DNA of 64,000 nt from Eledone cirrhosa (lineage: Eukaryota): NCBI GenBank assembly GCA_964016885.1, contig OZ024765.1, positions 3,162,001 to 3,226,000 on the forward strand, written 5' to 3'. A program made the position numbers and the translations under genes. Below, piece by piece: positions 1 through 13,270 of this stretch. The notes beneath the pieces were generated by a model that worked only from the letters and a program-made list of their open reading frames with translations, was not told the DNA's origin and did no database searches. Within the stretch, counting starts at the first letter, position 1. Each line of letters starts with the position of its first letter.

Positions 1-100
1 GACAAACACATTCCTGCTGTCATTCTCAAGAAATTTCTTCGAGAATTACCAGAACCTATTTTAACTTACGATTTGGCAGAACCCATTACAAGACTCTATG
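1..100 (+). CDS. ARHGAP1: RhoGAP domain exon (5' end outside window), ARHGAP1/ARHGAP8-like
   Basis: Frame 1 reads [33 protein letters not shown], matching the RhoGAP motif [20 protein letters not shown]; followed by donor GTAAGT at 101 (phase 1). Confidence 0.93.
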
Positions 101-134
101 GTAAGTAGGACCTCTTCCTTCCATATCTAAAGGT

Positions 135-240
135 CTAGAGTATGTCTCAAGCCCGGAGGTTCATTAGATCGGTTGCTTGTCTTGATTTCTGTGGTGTTAA
201 GTGACTGAGAGTACGAGACTTCCCCCTGGGCCGGAGACTT
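135..240. mobile_element. probable SINE/interspersed repeat fragment in intron
   Basis: GC-richer island (ttaagtgactgagagtacgagacttccccctgg) resembling a common invertebrate SINE segment; recognition from memory only. Confidence 0.35.
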
Positions 241-243
241 TAT

Positions 244-642
244 TTAGAAATATGGTAATGAAAGCGTTAAAGTGTTTATATTTATCTAAAAACCTTCCAT
301 CATAATTTTATATAAGAACGTTTGTTAAGTTATGTTCCAAACACCAGTTAATAAGACAGTGTCTTTCATTAGAAATATGGTAATGAAAGGGTTAAAGTGT
401 TTATATTTATCTAAAAACCTTCCATCATAATTTTATATAAGAACCTTTGTTAAGTTATGTTCCAAACACCAGTTAATAAGACAGTGTCTTTCATTAGAAA
501 TATGGTAATGAAAGGGTTAAAGTGTTTATATTTATCTAAAAACCTTCCATCATAATTTTATATAAGAACCTTTGTTAAGTTATGTTCCAAACACCATAGA
601 CAGTCTTTAATTAGAAATATGGTAATGAAAGGGTTAAAGTGT
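244..642. repeat. intronic tandem repeat, 125-bp unit, about 3.2 copies
   Basis: ttagaaatatggtaatgaaag recurs at 244, 369, 494 and 611. Confidence 0.9.
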
Positions 643-677
643 CAACAGACTGTTATATATTTTCTGTGTATTTTCAG

Positions 678-784
678 GTTTAGAAGAAGAGCAGTTACTA
701 TCTGAGGCCCGACAGATGATGTTAGAAGAACTCCCAGAAGAAAATTACCAACTCTTGAAATACATTATTAACTTCCTCAGTGAG
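678..784 (+). CDS. ARHGAP1: RhoGAP internal exon
   Basis: Acceptor ttttcAG ends 677, donor GTGAGT at 785. Phase-compatible translation (G)LEEEQLLSEARQMMLEELPEENYQLLKYIINFLSE contains the LPEENYQ motif of ARHGAP1. Confidence 0.93.
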
Positions 785-869
785 GTGAGTTAAACCCTTG
801 TCATACAAACCCCACCTAAAACTGGCCCTTGTTCTATGATACAGAACTCACCATCATTTTATGTCTGTT

Positions 870-1310
870 GTTCCATGTTTGCATGGTTCCTCTTCAGCAC
901 AGCATCTCTCCACTAGCCGCATTTCTTCGCCATCTCCTCTGTGAGTTTCAATGATTTGAGGTCAGCTCTCACCACCTCTACCCAGGTCTTTCTTGGTATC
1001 CCTCTACTGGGGCTTCCTTCCACTAGGATTTCCTTGCACTTCTTCACCTCAGCAATCATCATCCATGTGTATTACGTGTTCATACTAAAGCAGTCTTCTC
1101 TCCTGCACACCACCTCAGATTCTTCTGAAACCCAGTTTCTCCCTTGGTTCATCAAAGCTCTACCTTTCTCTCATATTTACATAGCACATCCAATGAATCT
1201 TGGTTGCTTCATTTGTCTTAAGTCAGCGCATGTCCTCTACAGTTACAGCCCATGTTTCACTACGAAGCAGTATCACACTTCGTACACAGTCATCTTTTGT
1301 ATGTAGGGAG
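870..1310 (-). mobile_element. decayed RTE-type LINE 3' fragment
   Basis: Minus strand reads RGIPRKTWVEVVRADLKSLKLTEEMAK..WRDAV, the typical RTE ORF C-terminus, with stops. Confidence 0.75.
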
Positions 1311-1386
1311 AAACTGTTCATTTTAACTCATAACATTCTGTAATAATTTAACAGAAAAAGTCTAAAAACAGCTTCATTAATTCAAG

Positions 1387-1698
1387 TGTTTATCGTATCT
1401 TTACTAGTGGACAGATTGTTGTGAAAATTTACAGTGAAGACTTTAATATTTAATGTGATGTAGTCATAGTGTTGTTTTGTACTAAATGTTTATAGTATCT
1501 TTACTGGTGGACAGATTGTTGTGAATATTTACAGTATTACAGTAAAGACTTTAATATTTAATGTGATGTAGTCATAGTGTTGTTTTGTACTAAATGTTTA
1601 TAGTATCTTTACTGGTGGACAGATTGTTGTGAATATTTACAGTATTACAGTAAAGACTTTAATATTTAATGTGATGTAGTCATAGTGTTGTTTTGTAC
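1387..1698. repeat. intronic tandem repeat, 100-108 bp unit, about 3 copies
   Basis: tggacagattgttgtgaa...tagtcatagtgttgttttgtact is repeated three times. Confidence 0.9.
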
Positions 1699-1744
1699 TT
1701 TTGAAGAATGTTTTGCCAGTTAATTTTGCCCATAAAATCTGTGC

Positions 1745-2235
1745 AGAGATTCTTTCCTTAGCCATTCTAACCACATGCCCATAGTATCGGAGCTGTGATC
1801 TCTGAATTCGGAGAAGTAGCTGCTCTACCTGGAGTGACTCTGATCTCCGAGCTAAGCACTCTATCGAGTAATATTATTCCAAAGACCCTTTGGAGGAACC
1901 CCATTTCGGTCGCTTGAATTTGGGTTCATATTTTTTTAGTCATTACCCAAGATTCACGAATAACAAATTGAAGATAGCGAGTTTGCCTTTTACACCTGCC
2001 TCCCTTCTTCTGATTACCGAATGCTGAAGCTGGCACATTACTGCACCAGCTCCTGTAATTCTTGCACTTAATTCAGCCTCCTGCCTTCCATCACTCATGA
2101 ACACAACCCCAAGATACTTGAATGTCTCCACCTGCTTCAGTGGGACTCCATTCACATGTAGAGTGTACTGCGCTGGCTTCCATGAGAGAAAGAGTGTTTC
2201 AGTTTTTACAGCATTGATTTTAATTCTAAGTGTGA
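1745..2235 (-). mobile_element. decayed RTE-type LINE RT C-terminal fragment
   Basis: ORF 1943-2239 contains LRIKINAVKTE...LKQVETFKYLGVVF, a LINE RT thumb motif. Confidence 0.85.
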
Positions 2236-2435
2236 ACATACTATAGCTATATACAGGATTAAATAGATAACTGGAGAGCGACTAAAAAATGTCATACTGA
2301 GTAGATGCTAAGACACCCTCAGCCTTCTTGGTAAATTTAGAGATGTGCTTTGTCCAATGCAAATCACCGTTGATAATAATGACTGGGAGCTTTTTACTGT
2401 GTTACCTACACGACAACATTACAGCGTGGACTGTG

Positions 2436-2752
2436 TTTTTTTTTTTGCCGTGACACCTACATGACCTTATTAGATTGGACTAGATGTTGTGGTACCAACA
2501 TAACTTTATAGAGAAAGGGTGGTGTTGGCAGGAGTGGGAGGATGGAGTAGGGGTAGTGGGTTGTGGTGTATGTTTGGTTTGGAGGGGCCTACTGGCTGTA
2601 GGTTAACTTTGCACGTAGGGAACGCGGGTCTTCTGTATTACTGTGTAGTGCCAATAGTCTCGATCTAGTGACATTGTCTTAGAGAGGTGCAAGTATGCAA
2701 GGTCGGAATTTATCAAGTAGTCCCAGGTTTTTCTGGGTCTCCCTATTCCGTA
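2436..2752 (-). mobile_element. 5'-truncated RTE-like LINE 3' end, same family as 18760-19518
   Basis: Reverse complement aligns with about 19240-19518 (agacccagaaaaacctggga..., aagttatgttgg..ccacaacatc, gtagg.gtcacg.c followed by an A tail). Confidence 0.85.
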
Positions 2753-3002
2753 ACTTTCATCACTTTATATATAATATATACTATGTATAAATAAATATTA
2801 TATATTTTTTATTTTACTATATTTATATATAATATGTATCATTTGATATTTAATATACTATTATATCATCTCTACAGCCCCCTTAGGCTGCAGCACTCCA
2901 CTGTACCTTCTCAACTATCCCTGGGGGTACGGTAGGACCTGCTTTTGAACTTCTAGTCTAAACTTTAACATACATAATCTTTATTTCTTTTTATCCATCC
3001 AG

Positions 3003-3170
3003 GTTATTGAACATTCAGAGAAAAATAAAATGGGAGCTGACAACCTGGCCTTAATATTTGGCCCGAATTTAATCTGGTCAAAGGGTCAAGTATCATTCAA
3101 TCTAATCACAGCCGTAAATAGTTTCACACGAATACTTCTTATTCACAGGGAAAAATTATTTCCGAGATGA
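3003..3170 (+). CDS. ARHGAP1: RhoGAP terminal coding exon
   Basis: Pyrimidine tract and ccAG end at 3002. Translation VIEHSEKNKMGADNLALIFGPNLIWSKGQVSFNLITAVNSFTRILLIHREKLFPR* has the NKM..NLA..FGPNL.W RhoGAP motif; TGA at 3168-3170. Orthology within the ARHGAP1/8 group is from recalled similarity. Confidence 0.93.
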   Translation, partial: VIEHSEKNKMGADNLALIFGPNLIWSKGQVSFNLITAVNSFTRILLIHREKLFPR

Positions 3171-3507
3171 TTTCAGCTGAATTTATTGAACTACGACAGA
3201 CAAACTTTGGATGTCACAAGTTTTTTTGTTTTTTTTCCAAGTATTTTTTTTTTAAGTATTTTTTTTTTTCTTTTCTCAGACTTTTAATATTTAAAAAAAA
3301 AAGGGAAAAAAGGAGAAAAAAAAAAAAACCGGAAAGAATAATTTCCATTTTTAAAAAAAATTTTTAATTTTTATTTTTAATGGCATTTTACGTAAAATAG
3401 CAGAAGGGAAAAATGGGGTAGGGGTTAGGGGAGGAAATTCAAAACAAAAACAAACATGGGGTGGGTGGGGGGAAGGAAAGACTAATGATGCAATACTTAA
3501 AAAGAAA

Positions 3508-4722
<1,215 letters not shown>

Positions 4723-4771
4723 AAACAACAAAAACAGCTCAAGAAAATTACAACAACAATAATAATAATAA

Positions 4772-4985
4772 TAGTTTCTGATTTGGGCACAAGGCCAGCA
4801 CTTTTAGGAAGAGAGGGCAAAGTCGATTAAATCGATCCTAGTGTATTACTGGTACTTTATTTACCGACCCCTCTTGTAAGGCTGAAACTCTAAGCTAACC
4901 TCAATGGGCTAGCTTTGCTTTCGTGCTTTAGGGGAGTGTGTTAATAAAATGAAGTACCCGTAATGCATTGGGGTTGATTTAACCC
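4772..4985. mobile_element. two SINE fragments in opposite orientation
   Basis: ggcacaaggccagca...actggtactttattt.ccgacccc is the minus-strand 3' half of the SINE at 5773; it is followed by a degenerate plus-strand core (taaaatgaagtacc). Confidence 0.75.
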
Positions 4986-5117
4986 TTTAGCATTTACATT
5001 ACTCTATATATACTATTGTATTTTCGCAGTAAAGGCTTTACCTCACATAAATATCGAATCTATGAGATTTTGATATTGTTTATTTTGAGAACAATACCTT
5101 AACATCAGTATGAGTGA

Positions 5118-5676
5118 CCAGTTACAGTCAGTTCAAACAGAAAGAAGTGAGAGAATTCTGGCTGGATATGATCAGCTTGAACTGAAAGAGGTGAGAGAAT
5201 TCTGGCTGGTTTAAACAGAAAGAAGTGAGAGAATTCTGGCCACTTACAGCCGATTTGAACAGAGAAAGGTGAGAGAATTCTGGCCACTTACAGCCGATTT
5301 GAACAGAGAAAGGTGAGAGAATTCTGGCCAGTTACAGCCGATTTGAACAGAGAAAGGTGAGAGAATTCTGGCCAGTTACAGCCGATTTGAACAGAGAAAG
5401 GTGAGAGAATTCTGGCCAGTTACAGCCAATTTGAACAGAAAAAGGTGAGAGAATTCTGACCAGTTTAAACAGAAAGAACTGAGAGAATTCTGGCCTCTTA
5501 CAGCCGATTTGAACAGAGAAAGGTGAGAGAATTCTGGCCAGTTTAAACAGAAAGAAGTGAGAGAATTCTGGCCAGTTACAGCTGGTTTGAACAGAAAAAG
5601 GTGAGAGAATTCTGGCCGGTTATGGCTGGTTTAAACAGAAAGAGGTGAGAGAATTCTAGTCAGATAGCCAGTTTAA
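5118..5676. repeat. minisatellite, 44-bp unit with 33-bp variants
   Basis: aacagagaaaggtgagagaattctggccagttacagccgattt recurs at 5257, 5301, 5345, 5389 and onward. Confidence 0.92.
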
Positions 5677-5772
5677 ATGCTAATTTATTTCCTTTCTGCC
5701 AAAAATTTCTGGCTTTTGTGCCTAAATCAGAAACCATTTTTATTATTATTATTATTTCAGAATTATATTATA

Positions 5773-5961
5773 AGGGCGGTGGATTGGCAGTATCGGTGGA
5801 GGGTCGGACGCCATGCTTTGCAGCACAGAGTTACGGCTCTTAATGGTCTGAGTTCAAATTCCGCCGAGGTTAACTTTGCCTTTCATCCTTACGGGGTCGA
5901 TAAAATAAAGTACCAATAATACACTGGGATAATTGCTGGCCTTGTGCCTAAAGTAGAAACA
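5773..5961 (+). mobile_element. full-length tRNA-derived SINE (octopus-type)
   Basis: A-box-like TGGCAGTATCGG, B box GAGTTCAAATTCC, core ctttgcctttcatcc...gataaaataaagtacc, tail ggccttgtgcctaaagtagaaac; direct repeat ATTATTTCAGAAT at 5751 and 5962. Confidence 0.9.
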
Positions 5962-6277
5962 ATTATTTCAGAATAATAATAATAGTAATAATAATAATAA
6001 TAATGATGATGATGATGATTAATGATTAATGATGACAATGAAAGACTTCTTGGTGAAGTTAAGAAGTAAAAAATGACTGTTGTGAAAAATCTTAACTTTG
6101 AGCTTATCAAAAAGAAGAAGAATCAAGACTGAATTTCTGTGTTGGTGGAGGGTGGAAGGGTTGTATTGTATATGTGGGGCTGTCTACCAGCATCCCCTTT
6201 TTCTAAGAATTCCATACCCACCAACAGCATCCTTCATTCTTCAGCTCAGACTGTATCATGTATTGTCTTTGTGCCTG

Positions 6278-6570
6278 TGTGTATATATATATACATATAT
6301 AAAACTGTATGTATATATATATATCTATATCTATATACATATACATATAACTGTATATATACATATGTATACATAGATATATGAACACACACTTATATAT
6401 GTGCATTTACATATTTACACACATGCACATATATATATATACATATATGCATTTACATATGTATATATATATATATATAAATACGTGTGTGTGTGTGTAT
6501 ATATATATATAAATATGTGTGTGTATATATATATATATACACACATGTATATATACATACACACACACAA
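6278..6570. repeat. (TA)n/(CA)n/(TG)n microsatellite
   Basis: Direct inspection. Confidence 0.9.
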
Positions 6571-6702
6571 ATAAATAGATGAATTTCTTGTGGTCAGTTT
6601 GTTTTTAAAACCAAACTTTTATCTTCTCTTTTGAAGAAAGAAATCAAAGGAGATACAAAACCATTTTTATTAGGAACTAAACAAAAACTATGCAACAAAT
6701 TC

Positions 6703-7930
6703 CTCCTGGGTCATTCTTTGCTCCTCTCAGAACACTTTATATAAAGAGGGACAGAACCCTCTGCCTTGGGTCATTCTTTGCTCCTCTCAGAACACTTTAT
6801 ATAAAGAGGGACAGAACCCTCTGCCTTGGGTCATTCTTTGCTCCTCTCAGAACACTTTATATAAGGAGGGACAGAACCCTCTGCCTTGGGCCATTCTTTG
6901 ACCCTCACAGAATACTTTATATAAGGAGGGACAGAACCCTCTGCCATGGGTCATTCTTTGACCCTCTCAGAATACTTTATATAAGGAGGGACATAACCCT
7001 CTGCCCTGGGTCATTCTTTGACCCACTCAGAATACTTTATATAAGGAGGGACATAACCCTCTGCCCTGGGTCATTCTTTGACCCTCAGAATACTTTATAT
7101 AAGGAGGGACAGAACCCTCTGCCTTGGGCCATTCTTTGACCCACTCAGAATACTTTATATAAAGAGGGACAGAACCCTCTGCCCTGGGTCATTCTTTGAC
7201 CCTCAGAACACTTTATATAAGGAGAGACATAACCCTCTGCCTTGGGCCATTCTTTGACCCTCTCAGAACACTTTATATAAGGAGGGACAGAACCCTCTGC
7301 CTTGGGCCATTCTTTGACCCACTCAGAATACTTTATATAAAGAGGGACAGAACCCTCTGCCTTGGGCCATTCTTTGACCCTCAGAACACTTTATATAAGG
7401 AGAGACATAACCCTCTGCCTTGGGCCATTCTTTGACCCTCTCAGAACACTTTATATAAGGAGGGACAGAACCCTCTGCCTTGGGCCATTCTTTGACCCAC
7501 TCAGAATACTTTATATAAAGAGGGACAGAACCCTCTGCCTTGGGCCATTCTTTGACCCTCAGAACACTTTATATAAGGAGAGACATAACCCTCTGCCTTG
7601 GGCCATTCTTTGACCCTCTCAGAACACTTTATATAAGGAGGGACAGAACCCTCTGCCTTGGGCCATTGTTTGACCCTCTCAGAACTGTTTTTCCTGACAC
7701 AGCTACACTTCCTATCAAGAAGAGGGACAGAGCCTGTAGCCCTGGGACATGCTTTGACCCTGACAAGACACTGCCTATGAAGAGGAGGGACAGAGCCCGT
7801 AGCGATAGAACATTCTTTGACCCTCACTGAACACTGCCTATGAAGAGAAGGGACACGGGCCTCAGTCAAGCGCCATTCTTTATCCATCACAGAAAACTTA
7901 GGAGATGGTGGGACAGAGCCCGTTGCCATT
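6703..7930. repeat. 58-60 bp minisatellite, about 16 homogeneous copies plus about 4 diverged copies
   Basis: cattctttgaccctctcagaacactttatataaggagggacagaaccctctgccttggg repeats with 60-bp period to about 7685; diverged copies continue to about 7930. Confidence 0.95.
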
Positions 7931-8014
7931 TCATGTGGATTCCAGAGTAGGGGTCATAAAACTTTCAAGGCAGTAGTACCTGTTGGTGTGGTTTAAGTAC
8001 ACCATCTATAGTTA

Positions 8015-8022
8015 GATATACA

Positions 8023-8061
<39 letters not shown>

Positions 8062-9334
8062 AGTATATATATATATATATATATACGTATTTATATGTGT
8101 GTATATATGTATTTGTATATATATATATATGTATTTGTATATGTATATATATATATATGTGTATATATATAAATGTGTGTATATATATATGTATATATAT
8201 ATATATGTGTATATATATATATGTGTATATATATAAATGTGTGTATATATATATATGTGTATATATATATATGTGTATATATATATGAGTATATATATAT
8301 GTGTATATATATATGAGTATATATGTGTGTGTGTATACATGTATATATATATATATACATGTATGTGTATATATATATATATACATGTATGTGTATATAT
8401 ATACATATACATGTATGTGTATATATATACATGCATGTGTATATATGTATATATATATATACATGCATGTGTATATATGTATATATATATATACATGCAT
8501 GTGTATATATGTATATATATATATACATGCATGTGTATATATGTATATATATATATATACATGTATGTGTATATATATATACCTGCATGTGTATATATGT
8601 ATATATATATATATGTGTGTGTGTGTGTGCATATATATGTACATATATGTGTATATATATATATACATGTATATATATATATATACATGTATATATATAT
8701 ATACATGTATATATATATATATATACATGTATATGTATATATGTGTTAGTGTGAGGTGAAGTGATGAAGGTGATGTTGGTGCTGTTTTCCTGGGTGTTGG
8801 ATTAAAACAACTACCCATAGTTATTTACATATATATATACATGTGTATATATGTATATACACATGTATATACATATATATGTGTATTCTCAGAGACTGTT
8901 TATTAATTTTCACTTTAAAGCACAAATATTTGACAAATGATGTTTAATATATAAATGTATGTATTGTTATATTTCATTGATTGTATATGTGTGTATATAT
9001 ATATAAGTAATATATATATATAGGTTTATATGTATAAGTATATATATATATATTTAACTATATATAAATATAATTATATATATATATATAAATATAATTA
9101 TATATATATATATATATAAATATAATTATTAATTATATATATATAAATATAATTATATATATATAAATATAATTATATATATATATTTAACTATATATAA
9201 ATATAATTATATATATATATATATATAAATATAATTATTAATTATATATATATAAATATAATTATATATATAAATATAATTATATATATATATATATAAA
9301 TATAATTATATATAATTATATATATATATAAATA

Positions 9335-9384
<50 letters not shown>

Positions 9385-9460
9385 TACTTATACATATAAA
9401 CCTATATATATATATATTACATATATATATATATACACATGTATGTATGTATATATATTG
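8015..9460. repeat. compound AT-rich microsatellite tracts
   Basis: (TA)n/(TG)n/(TACATG) runs at 8015-8745 and (TA)n/(TATAAT) runs at about 8990-9460. Confidence 0.93.
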
Positions 9461-9641
9461 TTGATTTTATAATGAAAAACAAGGTAAATTTTGGGGCTCA
9501 ACAATCTAGTTCTTTCTTTTTCTCAATCTATAATTCCATTGTGTAGATGACAAATATAAGTGTATATAAATGTGTGTGTGTATGTATGTATGTGTGTGTA
9601 TATATCTGTGTGTATGTATGTATGTGTGTATATATGTATGT

Positions 9642-10217
9642 ATCCCAGTACAACCTGTCTCGTAGTTGGATCGTTGGCGACTAAACTGGCAACCCCACCA
9701 AGGTTTCTTGGTGAGGAGGGTGACTTTGGACATCCTGCAGGACTAAAAACAAAACCTGTCAAAGGGCAAAGGAGCTCTTAAGAGTCAATGGCCATCCAAA
9801 ATCACCAGCAGAGATGACCCCTTAGCCTTTGTCAAGGCAGAATTCTAGGAGAAGGAAAACTCTGATATAACACCTGCAACCCTGATGGTATCCAATGATG
9901 TTGACTTGTTCTTCTTTTTGGTAAATATCATCTTGGTTAAGAGAGTGGGACTGGCTTTGTGCAGTGCCTTTGCTCACTATAAAAGCTTCACGGGACAGGC
10001 ATTGCTTTATATCTGGAGATCTCTCTGCACTTGTCGTCACATGGTACCATGGGCCCAGCACTATGTGTCAATAATTGTCACAAGTGTAGTGTTTGTACCA
10101 GAGTTTTCAAGTCGCTGGCTGGACTAAAAAGTCACACTTGTTCAGCGCATCGGTAGGGGTTCTCCTACATGGATATAAAGTAGTGGCCGTACTCGAAAAT
10201 GAGTTGGCAGCTACCAT
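9642..10217 (+). mobile_element. internally deleted RTE-BovB-like element (5' UTR joined to 3' end)
   Basis: RTE 5'UTR-like motif ctaggagaaggaaaactctga near 9845. Bases 10079-10156 encode HKCSVCTRVFKSLAGLKSHTCSAHR*, the C-terminal C2H2-like motif of RTE-BovB ORFs. No RT sequence lies between them. Confidence 0.65.
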
Positions 10218-10679
10218 ATATGTATGTTTGTGTGTATATATGTGTGTATATATCTATATTGCTGTTTACTTTTATCCACAGGTCAGAACTAAGCGACAGC
10301 GAATTTTGTTTATATATAAGTGTACACACACTCACACACACACACTCATACACACACACATAGAGAGAGAGAGAGAAGTGGTACCAATATAATCACTCAA
10401 TGCACAGGTAATGTGTGTATATAATATGAAAAAAAAACGATGATTCATTTAACAGGTGTTTATATATTTCATTGAGTATTGACACGTTACATGTGTTTCA
10501 CTGGTGATCGGCTCAGGGTCATCTATTGAAGCTGTTAACCTGACTCCTGGATTGACATGTTCATCAGACTTGGAGATTCAATAAAATACTTCTCACTGGA
10601 ATGCAGCCATATTAGCAGAACTCCTTTCAAGGGATTTAGTCAACCATGTCAACTCCTGTGCAAATATATATATATATTT

Positions 10680-11235
10680 ATACAGCTCCCAATTATGGTA
10701 ACCTCCATAGTATCAAACTAACCATGGAGCTGGAGGCAATCCAACTAAGCTACACCAAAAGGATTGCCACGATGAAGGAAATGCTACTTGGAGGGGGTAA
10801 AAGAACTGAAACTCTACTCCTTGGAAGGAAGATGGGAGAGATACGCAGTGATATACATATAGAAAATCCTTGGCATTGAGAGCTTCATCAACCTCCAAAC
10901 AGGACGTCACTGTGTGGTGCCAGAGTTCCCATCTTCCACATCTAGAATAAGGAGTAGATATTGCAACAGCCAGGGGTTCAAAGGCCCTCAACTCTTTAAT
11001 AAGTTGCCAAGGAATTTGAGAGATCTGCATGGTGTGGACTTGGATGTTTTCAAGAAACATCTTGACACCTTGCTATCCAGGATCCCGGATGAGCCCACAG
11101 CACGGTACGAAGGTAACCTAAGGGCAGAAGCAACGAACGCCTTCTTACACCAATGGCCAGCCAACAGGGTGGAGATAGAATGTGTAGCCACAAGGGCAGT
11201 GCCTCAGATGGCTGGCTGGAACACGTAAAAGAGTA
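10680..11235 (+). mobile_element. 5'-truncated CR1-type LINE 3' end
   Basis: ELEAIQLSYTKRI ... GFKGPQLFNKLPRNLRDL...VFKKHLDTLLSRIPDEP is a CR1 ORF2 C-terminus; frameshifted; tail gtaaaagag. Confidence 0.88.
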
Positions 11236-11731
11236 TATATATATATATATACATACGGGTTTTGAGAAGGGTAGATAAAATCCGTTTATGATGCCCGTGA
11301 GGGTGCTTGGTTTCAGTGTCTTAGCCTCACCATCACTCGGCGTTAGCGAGGTATCAGGTGACACCCGTGAGGGTGTTCGTTTTTTTTTTTCAGTGCCTTT
11401 GTTTCGCTATCACCCCTGATAATACTGCCAGTGCATTCGCTTGCCTCGAATTATTCCGTTGACCCTTGTGATATGATGTGCGGCCCATTGTCACACTTGG
11501 TGGTGAATTAGTAGCCGTTTTTCTCTCGCTCTGGTAATCTATTTTTGGTCGTTATATTTGTGAGGTTCTTAGCAATAGTTAATTGTCTTTAATATATGTT
11601 TATATTTTAATTCTGAAAGCATTGGGAGCGATTTGTAATGTTATTTATACAACTGTAAATAAAGTGCTAGAGTTTATTTTTTGTTCAGTAGGTATTACAG
11701 TGAAGGAAATACGGTATATATACAATTTGTT

Positions 11732-11805
11732 TCTGAATTCAAATCCCGCCGAGGTTAGCTTTACTTTTCCTCCTTTCGGAATCGATAAAATAAATTAGCA
11801 GTAAT
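11732..11805 (+). mobile_element. SINE core fragment
   Basis: ttcaaatcccgccgaggttagcttt...cgataaaataaa matches the SINE at 5773. Confidence 0.8.
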
Positions 11806-12009
11806 AAACTTTGGTAGAGATTGAAACCTCCACTACACGAAGTATTTTTCGAGAAAAAAAAAAGTGTCTGACTGAGTTATCTCGCTTTGATTCTGTTGGG
11901 TGTTTCAAAATAAAATAAAAAAATTATTTGAGATGTAAATATCCCAGAAACTACAACGTCTGGCACAACAAGACTGAGCAGGTTTAATGGTGAGCAGCAT
12001 AATATTTAT

Positions 12010-12310
12010 TTCTCAAAATTTGAACGAGTAATTCAAAGGTATGTTAACTTCATTTTACAAATTTTCAATATGTCTGCCGCCTGAGATACAGCATATATCA
12101 TGCAGGGCGGTAGTTCAGCTTCTATCAAACACACTATTGCATGTCTTGGTTAACAATATCCAGTGTGAGGTGTGAGCAGTGATTCTCTGCTTGAGTTCTT
12201 CTAGGTTTGCAGTAAGGAACTGGGGCATACACCAGTCTATTAACATAGACCTCCCCTCCCCGAGAAAATAAAATCGCAGTGTCATGGGAGGAAAACGGAG
12301 CGGACATTTT
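12010..12310 (-). mobile_element. decayed Tc1/mariner transposase 3' fragment
   Basis: Minus strand, with frameshifts, gives a relic of WPPRSPDLTPCDFFLWGYV followed by VYAP..ANLEELKQRITA...ELNYR...GGRHIENL*. Confidence 0.8.
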
Positions 12311-12449
12311 TAACTACATAACTGTTTAATGTCTTCAACACCAGAAAAAGGTACTCAATATGGAAGTAGTGTTTAAATGTTATTGTCTGATGATAATGTG
12401 AGAAGCAGACGAAACCCTAGTTAGCCTTAATAAAATGTGTGCGTATATA

Positions 12450-12563
12450 TACAGGATGTTCCAAGAAAATGTATACATAATTTGATTACCTGTACAGGCA
12501 ATATTTATTAGAATGCTGTTGAAGTATGTAGACATTTTTTAGGGGTGGGGGGAACACCATTAT
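12450..12563. mobile_element. short mariner-type MITE
   Basis: TAcagg.tgttcc..aaaatgtatac left end and an imperfect inverted right end; related to 17720-17798. Confidence 0.5.
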
Positions 12564-12565
12564 AT

Positions 12566-12745
12566 ATGTGGGAGCCCCTGCATGGACACTAGAAGAGGAA
12601 GACCAAGGTTGACATATGTTGATGCCCTAAGTGCAGACACTGGTCTCTTGGAGACGCAGGACATGGCAGCGATAATGAGGGACAGAGACCACTGGAAAGA
12701 TCTGGTCCATGGATCTCGGGGAAAATTACCCGCCCTAGATATAGA
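12566..12745 (+). mobile_element. RTE LINE 3' end fragment
   Basis: Encodes RRGRPRLTYVDAL..DTGLLETQDMAAIMRDRDHW; near-identical to 17200-17340 and 18482-18638. Confidence 0.9.
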
Positions 12746-12754
12746 TATAATTAT

Positions 12755-12810
12755 AATTGTTTCTACTTTTGGCACGAGGCCAGCAATTATTCCAGTGTAT
12801 TACTGGTACT
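12755..12810 (-). mobile_element. SINE 3' tail
   Basis: gtttctacttttggcacgaggccagcaatt...actggtact is the reverse complement of the SINE tail. Confidence 0.8.
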
Positions 12811-12991
12811 AAACATAAAATGGCGTACCAATGTAAGGGGTGTAATATGAAAAAAAAAAAGTTTTTTCGAAATGAGTACCTATATTAACTATATATGTGT
12901 GTGGTATATATATGGGTACTAACTCTGTATGTATGTATGTATATATAACCATACCATGCATCCTTATAAATATATGTATAGACGTGTATAA

Positions 12992-13180
12992 TTGTTTCTA
13001 CATTTGGCACAAGGCCAGCAATTACTGGTACTTTATTTTATCGACCCCCACTCCCACCCCCCGTAAGGATGAAAGGCAAAGTTAATTTCGGTGGGATTTG
13101 AACTCAGGATGGCAAGGGCCGTAACTCTTTGCGTCAAAGCATGGCGTCCGACTCTCTATCGTTACTGCCAATCCACCGCA
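12992..13180 (-). mobile_element. near full-length tRNA-derived SINE
   Basis: Reverse complement of the 5773 SINE, including B box (ggatttgaactc) and head (ctgccaatccaccgc). Confidence 0.88.
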
Positions 13181-13216
13181 CTGTGTATATATATAATGCA
13201 CGCCTAACCCGACTCC

Positions 13217-13270
<54 letters not shown>

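Noticed and set aside
941-1306. 121-aa plus-strand ORF
   Set aside because: Antisense of an intronic LINE fragment.
5118-7690. CRISPR-like arrays
   Set aside because: Eukaryotic context, no unique spacers and no cas genes; these are plain tandem repeats.
6690-7929. Repetitive ORFs (LRTLYIRRDRTLCLG...)
   Set aside because: Translation of the 60-bp minisatellite; frames broken by 58-bp units.
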